Positions 55,301 to 64,000 of a stretch of 64,000 bases of DNA are shown in pieces. The position numbers and the translations under genes are program-made. The notes under the pieces are model-generated. The model did no database searches and had not been told where the DNA came from. It worked only from the letters and a program-made list of their open reading frames with translations. The DNA is from Lama glama (taxonomy: Eukaryota), in the NCBI GenBank assembly GCA_028534125.1, contig CM052816.1:16060001-16124000 (forward strand). Direction: 5' to 3'. Each line of letters opens with the position of its first letter. Within the stretch, counting starts at the first letter, position 1.

Positions 55301-58300
55301 GAAGCAAGCCAGAAAGAGAAAGAAAAATACCATATGATATCACTTATATGTGAAATCTGAAAGAAAAGATACAAATGAACTTATTTACAGAACAGAGACA
55401 GACTAACAGACACAGAAAACAAATTTAAGGTTACCGGGGGGGGGGAAGGGGGTGGGAACAAATAAATTGGGAGTTTGATATTTGCAGATGCTGACTATTA
55501 TATATAATATAGATAAACAGCAAGTTTGTACTGTATAGCACAGAGAACTATATTCAATATCTTATAGTAACCTATAATGAAAAAGAATATGAAAAGGAAT
55601 ATATGTATGTATATGTATGACTGAAACATTATGTTGTACACCAGAAATTGACACAACATTGTAAACTGACTATACTTCAACTAAAAAATAAATAAAATAA
55701 AATAAAATAAAATAAAATAAAATAATCAAACATTGTATATTCTTAGCAATTAACAACAGAAGGAAATTTGGAGAGGGGGAGGGTATAGCTCAGTGGTTAG
55801 AGTGCATGCTTAGGATGCAGGAGGTCCTGGGTTCAATCCCTAGTACCTCTATTTCAATCAATCAATCAATCAAATTACCTCCCCCCTCAATAAAATAAAT
55901 AAATTTTTTTTAAAGAAAGAAATTTGGGAAATTCACAAATATGTGACAATTAAGCAACATATTCCTAAATAACAAATAGGTCAAAGAAGACATCACAAGG
56001 AAAATTAGAAAATACTTTGAGATGGATTAAAATGAAAACACAACATACGAAAACATATAAGATGCAGCTAAAGCAATGCTTAAAAGGAAATTTATAGCTT
56101 TAAATGCTGTAAATGTTTATATTTTTAAAAAAAATCTCAAATCAATAACCTAATTCTATAGAAAAAGAAGAAGAAACTAAATTCAAAGAAGCAGAATGAA
56201 GGAAATAATATGGCATAGAAATAAATGAAATAGAGGATAGAAAAACAATAGACAAAATCAACAAAACCTAAAGTCAGGTTTTTTGGAGGTGGAGGGGGTG
56301 TATATTTATTTATTCATTTTTAGAGGGGGTACCAGGGATTGAACCGAGGACCTAAGCATGTGCTTTAGCACTTGAGCTATATCCTCTCCCACTGATTTTT
56401 GAAAATATCAACAAAATTGACAAACATTTAACTAGACTGACCAAGCAAAGAAAAGGAGAATACTAAAATAACTAAAATCAGGAGAATACTAAAATAACTA
56501 TGCCCTATTTCACTCCTGATTTTAGTTATCAAAACGGTCTTGAAAAAGAAGTACAAAGTTTGAAGACTCACACATTCCAATTTCAAAACTTAATACAAAG
56601 CTGCAGTAATAAAGATAGTGTGCACTAGCATAGAATAGACAGGTAGATCAATAGCATACAATTGAGAGTCCAGAAACAAACCCTTATGTTTATGGTTAAT
56701 TGATTTTTGACAAGTGTGCCAAGACAATTTAATGGGGGAAGGATAGTCTTTAACAAATGTTGGAACAACAGGATATCCCCATGCAAAAGAATGAACTTGG
56801 TTCCCTTCCTCACACAAACACCTAATGTAAGGTGTTTGTGTGAGGAAGGGAAGTTAATTCAAAGACCTAATGTAAGACCTAAATGCAAGAGCTAAAACTG
56901 TAACACTCTTAGAAGAAAACATAAATGTAACTCTTCATGATGTTGGATTAGGTAATGATTTTTTGTTGACACCCAAAGCACAAATGACAAAAGAAAAAAC
57001 AGGTAAATTGGACTTCATCAAAATTAGAAACTTTTGCACTTCAAAAGATAACATAAAGAAGGTGAAAAATCAATCCACAAAATGGGAGAAAAGATTTTCA
57101 AATTATATATCTGATACGGGATTTATATCTAAAACATACAAAATTCTCTTACAACTCAACAATAAAATGACAGTAAGCCAATTGAAAAATGGACAAAGAA
57201 TCTGAACTGGCATTCCTTCAAAGATATACAAATGGCCAATAAGCATACGAAGAGTTTGCTCAATATCGTTAGTCATTAGAGGAATGCAAATCAAAACCAG
57301 AATGAGATACCATACTACCTCGTACTCACTAAGATGTCTATAATCAAAAAGATGGACAATAACAAGTGTTGGTGAGGACATGGAGAAATTGCCCTTCTAT
57401 ATTGCTGGTAGGGATGAAAAATGCTGCAGCCAGTTTGGAAAACAGTATGGGAGTTCCTCAGAAGGTTAGACATAGCATATGACATAGCCATCCACTCCTA
57501 GATATATACCAAGAGAAATAAAAACATGCTTCCAGACAAAAACTTGTACATGAATGTTCATATATAGCATTTTTCATAAGAGCCCCCAAATAGAAACAAC
57601 CCAGATGTCCATTAACTGATAATTGGATAAACAAAATGGGGAATATCTGTACAATGAACATTTTTTGGTAATAAAAAGTAATGAAGTACTGATATATGCT
57701 GCAACATGAATGAATCTTGAAAATATTGTGTTAGTACAAGAAACCAAACACAAAAGGTCTCATATTATATAATTCTTTTTATATGAAATGTCCAGAGTAG
57801 GCAAATATATAGAGACAGAAAAATTAGTGATTGCCAGGGTTTGGGGAGCAGAGGGATGAGGAGTGATTGCTAATGAGTATGGGGTTTCTTTTTGGGGTGA
57901 TGAAAATGTTCTGGAATTAGTAGTGATGGGTGCACAACTCTGTGAATATACAACAACAAAAAAAAACATAATGCTGAATCATACATTTTAAAAGAGTCAA
58001 CTATCAACTATTCCTCAATTTGGAAAAAAGTGAACTTTGTTAAAGTTAGTGAAAGAGCTGGAATTCTAATTCAGGTATTCTGAGTGCAGAATTTGTCTGC
58101 ATGACAGTTTTGCTAAAATGCCTTAATGACAATTTTATTCATCTTAAAATTTTAAAAAAGTGAACTTTGTGATATGTGAATTTTATCTCAGTGAAGCTGT
58201 TACTAAACAAATATAAATGTACAAAAAAGAGAGGCAGGAGAATATCTACCATGGAAGCAGGGATCGGAAGCTAGGGTGGGGAGCCATATGATCCCCACTG

Positions 58301-59230
58301 GCAGCTCTTAGGGAATGGCCCTGACTGACGTTATAGTCTAGCCTGTATTACTGACTTGCTGTGAACTCCTCAGCAGGCTCTGGGCCTCTACCTGCCTAAC
58401 TCAATTGTGTGGTAGCAAAAAGATGCAGATACTTTAAATGCCCATCAGTAGGGAATGTACATACATCCGTAAAATTCAATAATATTCAGCTTTTTAAAAA
58501 AAATGTGGTAGATTTTTAATAATAGCCAATATTTACATCATGTCAGATGCTATCAAGCATTTTAATGAATACTTCACTTAGTCATAACAGTTCTGTGAAA
58601 TACAGGTGTGCTTTATTAGCGTATTTCAGAAGATAACACTAAGGCACAGAAGTAAGTGCACAGCAAGATGAGACCCCATCCAAAGCATTTTGACTCCAGA
58701 GTTCATGCTCTAGTCCAGCCATTCTCAAAGCATAGTTTGAGAAAAATATAGGAAATCCCAAAGATCCTTTTGGGGGAGCAGGGGTGGTGTGCAAGTTTAA
58801 AACTTTTCATAATAATATAAAAACATTATTTGCCTTTTTCACTCTCATTCCTTCAGGGTTATACAGTGGAATTTTTGAAAGGCTATATGACATGCAATTA
58901 TATCATCCTGTGTTTAAAATTTTTTGTTTTCATTTCTAGTATAGTAAATATTGATAGCTATAACTCACATAAACAAAAGCCTTTCTGGGGTCTTCAGTAA
59001 TATTTAAGAGTATAAAAGCCTTCTTAAACAGACTCACAGACATAGAAAACAAACTTATAGTTACCAAAGAGTAAAGAGGAAGGGGGATAAATTAGGAGTT
59101 TAGGATTAACAGATGCACAATACTAGATAAAAAAATAGATAAACAACAAAATAACAAGGACTTACTGTATAGCACAGGGAACTATATTCAATATCTTGTA
59201 ATACCTATAATGGAAGAGAATCTGAAAAAG

Positions 59231-59261
<31 letters not shown>

Positions 59262-62200
59262 AACTTTGCTGTATACCTGAAACAAACACAACATTGTAAA
59301 TCAACTATGCTGCAATTAAAAAAAAAGAGTATTAAAGACTTAGATCAAAAAGTTCAGAACTGCCACTCTGGTGGTCTAAACTATTATCCCTATACTTCTC
59401 ATATACAAGCTTCTCATATAAGTCATGAATCAATCACCAGGATAAATTGTTAGTTAAAAAAAAGCAAGATGTAGAAGGATGATTGTAATATGTTTCCATT
59501 TAGGTAAGAAAAAAATGGTGAGGTCTCTATACATGTGTTCTCTTTGTACATAAGATTCACAGAAAATTTCTAACAGTGGTTATCCTTGGAGTAGGAAATT
59601 GGGGGACAGGGAATGGGGAAGCAGGAAGATTTTTCACTGTATATAGTTTAGTACTACTGGATATTTTTCTTCCACCATGCGAATATATTAACTTTTTTTT
59701 AACATTTTTTATTGATTTATTATCATTTTACAATGTATATTAACTTTTTAAAACAAAGTTTCAAAAGATAACCATAAAGAAAAAAGGATAGAGAGGGAGG
59801 AAAAGGAAAAAAAAAAAGGGGGTGGTTAGGGTATTTCTTTTGGCGTTACTATCCTGTGGTTCAACTCTGAGGACCTTAGCCTGGGCCTTAGTAGAAGAAT
59901 TAGGATACTTGTTCTATCCACTTACAGGAATATAGAAAGAATAAACTATCAGATGTAAAAAAATATTTTGAAAGGAATTATTCACTCAGTGGAAGGAGGA
60001 CATTGTTAATGAATTGAATGTTTCATTAACGTGTTCACCAGTTTTCTTTTAGGTTTGTTTTCGGAGGTTAGAGAGAGAATGTACTCTTCTGCAGTTAATT
60101 GCACAAAAGGGGCCTTTGTAGACATACAAAAAGTGTTTCTGATTTGCGTTTTTAGAATCAAGAAATGCAGAAATTACTATGAAATTCTGGGAGTTGCACG
60201 AAATGCCAGTGATGAAGAACTTAAGAAAGCTTACCGAAAACTTGCCCTGAAATTTCATCCTGACAAGAACTGTGCTCCTGGAGCAACAGATGCTTTCAAA
60301 GGTCTGATCCTAAACTGATGCTTAATTCTGCCCTTCTTGTGGTGTTTGTTCACAGCAGGTTGTTTTCAGCCTCCCCTGAAATTGTTTTATAAGGCCACAA
60401 GCAGGGTGTTTTGTTTTGTTTTCCTGCTACACCTCTTAAACAGTGATTATCAGTATAGTTCTCTTCTGTTTTCATTCACTTACCTTAATTTGTTTTGGAA
60501 AACATATTTGGTTTCTCTGTAGTACCTTCTGGAACCATTCATTCATTGATACAGCAAATATTTACTGATGATCTATGTGCCAGGTGCCACAGTGAATAAA
60601 ACAGATATGATTCCTCTTGTGGAACTTAGAGGCTGGTGGCCGCTTGTAAGTAGAGCCTAGATGGCATTTCCAAACTTCCTTGACCATGGAACTCTTTGTT
60701 CATGAAACCTCTGTTATTAATATGTTCAAATGAAAGAGTTTGATAAAGCATTTATTAAAGAGCAAAAACTTAGTTATAGATCAAATTTTTTTCCATTGAT
60801 TTCCATATGTTAAGAAATACATTCTTAAAAAATATTTTGGATTTAACACATAAAAATCTTACTTAAGAGCTTCACCCCCAGGGAAGTCACTGATTCAAGC
60901 AGGGATTATCAGTGTATACTATAACCTTTGAGTGATAGGTTGTTGAGTAGAATATTTGCATAATGTCAAAGTATCACCCCACAGAATACTTACTGATTAC
61001 AAAGGGGAAAAATTCCTTTATAATAAAGATAACTAGCTGTCACCACTTTAACTAAGTGATCCAACTTAGTATCACCAATATTAGAACAACCTAACATTAT
61101 GTGGTATAGCATCCATGTAGTATTCTTGCCAAAATGTTTGACCTGACTCTAATAAAAAGGAAATAATTAAAATATGGGACATTCTACAAAGAAAACTGAC
61201 CTGCTCTTCAAAAAACTTCAAAATAGTAAAAAGCAAAAAAGGTGGGGAGTCTATTCTAAATTAAATTAAAGGGATATGAAACCAAATGAAATGCATGAAC
61301 CTTGCACAGATTCACTAGGTGATTATAAATTGATGTTAATTTTCTTAGCTGTGGTTATAGTATTGTGACTTAGAATGACTTTCTTCTTAGGAGATATATG
61401 CTGAAATATTTAGGGGTAAAATGTCATAATATCTGCAGCCTACTTTCAAATGATTCAGCAAAAAAAAAATGGATAACATATATGTAGGTATGTATGTGTA
61501 GAGAGTTGAGGAAAATAAAATGCTAACAATTGATAAATAAAGGTAAAGGTGCTTATTGTACTATTTTTTCAACTTTTCTGTAGATTTAAAAATTTTCAAA
61601 AGAAAAAGTAAAAAATGATAGATCTGAGAAATTTTTTAAAGTCAGCATTTACCTCAGAGGACACTCTACCTTTGTTAATGTGCCACTGTGAATCCAGTTC
61701 CCCCCACACTTTCTACAAGGAAACAAATAGAATAACCCACATTCTCTTCAGACCTTCATGTATCATATTTCACAGACTAATGGCATTTCTCTGAGAATCT
61801 GCCAGATTTCAAGGGATGTGAATGTTTAAGCAGCTCTGTTTAGGTTTTTCTGTTTATTTTTTTCTGCTTAACTGTTTTATTGCTACAAACGTTTAATCCA
61901 GATACATAGCTAGAAGAATCATAAAAAAATGATCTTTCTGACTATGTTTCTGATAGCATTGATTGAATTAAAGGTAGTGGGACACCGATGTCTTAAAAGA
62001 TTTTTTTCAACATTTCTTCAATTGGTTGTACTGATTGTATGCTTAAATAACATTGGACAAAGTTTGCACATTTATGCATAGGGAGGAGAAGTGATGGTAA
62101 GCATGTGTAATCTATTCAGTCTTTGACCCGTCTTGAGACATTAGAGATACATCTCTTAATTTCTAAAAACCATTTTCTAAGGCAAGCTGAAATAAGACTG

Positions 62201-63599
62201 ATGAGTAAGGACTTTGCTTTTATCCAATCAGGAGGATTTTTACTGATTGTTTTGTTCAGGAGATTGTGACTGCATGTTAGAATACCACTACTTATGTATG
62301 ACCTGTTTCCAGCCATAAATTGTTGCTCTCAAGTGAAATAAAAATACATTTTTGATGACTGAAAACAGTAGTTCTTAGTTTATCTTGAATCTAGAGTTGT
62401 TTCTGGCTTATCAAACTAGACCATGGTAAATTTCAAGGCCAAGCACTTTCTAGGCCAAAGCACCTCTTCTTGGGCCACTGTGAACTTGTCTAGCATCAGT
62501 CAACTTTGGGCTCTTCATGCTACTACTGTGATCACCCTCAGCTACAGCAGACTATGTACTCACTTGCTTTTTGTTTTTGTTGCAGCGATAGGAAATGCCT
62601 TTGCAGTTCTGAGCAATCCTGATAAGAGACTCCGCTATGATGAATATGGAGATGAACAGGTGACTTTCACTGCTCCTCGAGCCAGACCTTATAATTATTA
62701 CAGGGACTTCGAAGCTGACATCACTCCAGAAGAGCTATTCAATGTCTTCTTTGGAGGACATTTTCCTACTGGTTAGTATTCCAAAATTATCATTTAAAAA
62801 GTTGTATACACTTTGAGGATCTATTTGAGGATCTGAATAAAGGCACCGTGGTATGGTGGAAACAGCAAGACTTCGGAATCAGATGAGCTGAGATTTAAGG
62901 CAAGTCTTCAGTCTCCAGCTATGCGTGATTTTGATCAAATCACTTAGTCCCTCTGATCCTACTTCCTTACCTGAAAAATGGGGCTGATAATACCAACCTC
63001 AGAGGGCTGCTGTGAGGATTAGATATTTTTAAGTGCTTTATAAATTAGAAGCAAAATGCCTGTATCATCAAAATAGCAACCAGATAAAGATAAAGGTTAG
63101 AAAAGTACTCCCAGAAAGTTGGAAGTTGGGAAAATTAAATGCCTAGGAAGTAAACTGAATTTTATGAGTTGCCATTAAAGATATTAGTGACATAATCTAA
63201 TACTGGTCAAGGAGGCAGACATGAGCATGTCAGACAGGAGTCATGACCCAAATGCTCTTTTGAGATTCTCTCACTCACTAGTTACAAAAGACTATTTAAA
63301 TCAAGGCAGGAGAGCTAAGTACATTCTACTTCCTGCTGGTTCACTTGGCATACCTACTGTCTTATTTTCCTATTGGGTATAATGGGAGAATACTTGACCT
63401 ATATAGAACCTAGTTGGGAGCAAGGACTTTGGAAAAAGCAAGGAAGAGGTGTTTGCCCTGTCGCATACTAAGTGTTCTTCTTTCTTCAGGAAATATTCAT
63501 ATGTTTTCAAACGTGACAGATGACACCCACTATTACCGCCGGCGGCACCGACATGAGAGGACACAGACACGGAAGGAAGAGGAAGAAGATAAACCTCAG
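51865..63599 (+). CDS. DNAJC18: DnaJ heat shock protein family (Hsp40) member C18, 5' part (codons 1-223; gene continues beyond window)
   Basis: join(51865..51904,53580..53766,60156..60301,62586..62771,63490..63599) = 669 nt in frame; [27 protein letters not shown]...; J-domain NYYEILGV...[17 protein letters not shown] (HPD motif)...[18 protein letters not shown]. Confidence 0.97.
53580..53766 (+). CDS. DNAJC18: DNAJC18 coding exon 2
   Basis: ttgcag| [30 protein letters not shown]...[10 protein letters not shown]|gtgagc; 187 nt. Confidence 0.96.
54869..55025 (+). mobile_element. tRNA-derived SINE (Vic-1-like) nested in L1
   Basis: 'ggggaaggtatagcttagtggtagagtgcatgc...ggttcaatccccagtacctcc'; TSD-like aaaaataga on both sides. 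Confidence 0.9.
55773..55912 (+). mobile_element. tRNA-derived SINE (Vic-1-like)
   Basis: 'gggggagggtatagctcagtggttagagtgcatgc...gggttcaatccc'; TSD agaa(g/a)gaaatttgg. Confidence 0.9.
56280..56390 (-). mobile_element. Degenerate tRNA-derived SINE (Vic-1-like)
   Basis: 'gggattgaaccgaggacctaagcatg...cacttgagctatatcctctccc'. Confidence 0.8.
58715..59368. mobile_element. hAT/Charlie-like DNA transposon remnant interrupted by an L1 3' end (about 59025-59325, +) containing (TG)n
   Basis: 'ttatttgcctttttcactctcattc', 'gatagctataactcacataaacaaaagc'; L1 flanked by aagagtat(a/t)aaag; (TG)n at about 59236-59261. Confidence 0.6.
59698..59735 (-). mobile_element. 38-nt L1 3' tip insertion
   Basis: Perfect 14-bp TSD tatattaacttttt at 59684-59697 and 59736-59749; body matches the L1 end at about 38333-38365. 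Confidence 0.8.
60156..60301 (+). CDS. DNAJC18: DNAJC18 coding exon 3 (J-domain, HPD)
   Basis: ttttag| [49 protein letters not shown]|gtctga; 146 nt. Confidence 0.97.
60960..61620 (+). mobile_element. Old L1 3' region in DNAJC18 intron 3
   Basis: 'aaagtatcaccccacagaatacttactgattacaaaggggaaaa', similar to about 35950-36000; 'caacttttctgtagattt'. Confidence 0.75.
62586..62771 (+). CDS. DNAJC18: DNAJC18 coding exon 4
   Basis: ttgcag| [22 protein letters not shown]...[14 protein letters not shown]|gttagt; 186 nt. Confidence 0.97.
62845..63045 (+). mobile_element. MIR SINE in DNAJC18 intron 4
   Basis: 'ccttacctgaaaaatggggctgataataccaacctcagagggctgctgtgaggattag'. Confidence 0.75.
63490..63599 (+). 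CDS. DNAJC18: DNAJC18 coding exon 5
   Basis: cttcag| [37 protein letters not shown]|gtacct; 110 nt. Confidence 0.95.
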
Positions 63600-64000
63600 G
63601 TACCTGGAAGGGACAGGACAACTGCTGCCCATAAACGTTTGTACTGAGCTGGTCATGGAGTATGATCAGGTTTTAGAAGTTTAATGTGAGATATGTTGCT
63701 AACAGGTGCTTTAGGAAAGCAGAGGCATGGTAAGAAGAGGTGGGTAATTGGTCCAAATAGGCCAGAATGGTACCCCTCTTCCCCACCCATTCTTTGATAA
63801 CTGTCCCAGAATATCTGTTCCCCTGTGGGGCTGTCTTAACCAAGGTTTTCTTAACTGCAGAGAATAGGAAGCCCTTTCAAAATATTCAAAACTAAAGGGG
63901 GTTTAAGGGAAGGGATCAAGGGAGTCTCATGAAGCTCAAAGGCAGGAAGCACGTTGGGCCTCATGACAGACAGGAACCAGGAACTGCGGTGCTGTGAGGC

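Larger units (their letters stand above)
53985..58230 (+). mobile_element. L1 stack in DNAJC18 intron 2: rearranged old L1 with a younger 5'-truncated L1 (about 54130-55722) and three SINEs
   Basis: ORF2 remnants ('WKQPKCP', '[10 protein letters not shown]'), L1 3'UTRs, (TAAAA)n tail at about 55685-55722. Confidence 0.92.

Noticed and set aside
54130..55722. Active L1 element
   Set aside because: 5'-truncated, frameshifted and interrupted by a SINE.

Overview
Mammalian genomic DNA, probably a camelid (inferred from a recurrent tRNA-derived SINE and the L1 3' ends), covering the conserved STING1-SMIM33-ECSCR-DNAJC18 cluster. STING1 (+, 6 coding exons, 378 aa), SMIM33 (-, 132 aa) and ECSCR (+, 10 coding exons, 202 aa) are complete. 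DNAJC18 (+) runs off the right end after coding exon 5 (223 codons). All coding exons were spliced by hand at GT-AG boundaries and stay in frame. The rest is mostly L1, SINE, MIR, MaLR/ERV LTR and simple repeats; family names are recognised from memory, not from a database search. The most notable observations concern STING: Leu at position 147 (the residue change of the human SAVI gain-of-function allele V147L) next to loss of Lys150, only 5 lysines in the protein, an intact STING-beta-like intronic start, and an extended exon-skip frame. Other points of interest are an L1 3'-transduction stacked on a SINE just upstream of ECSCR, perfect fold-back hairpins in DNAJC18 intron 2, and an inverted ZNF143-type motif pair at the DNAJC18 promoter. 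No wholly new biological system could be demonstrated from sequence alone.
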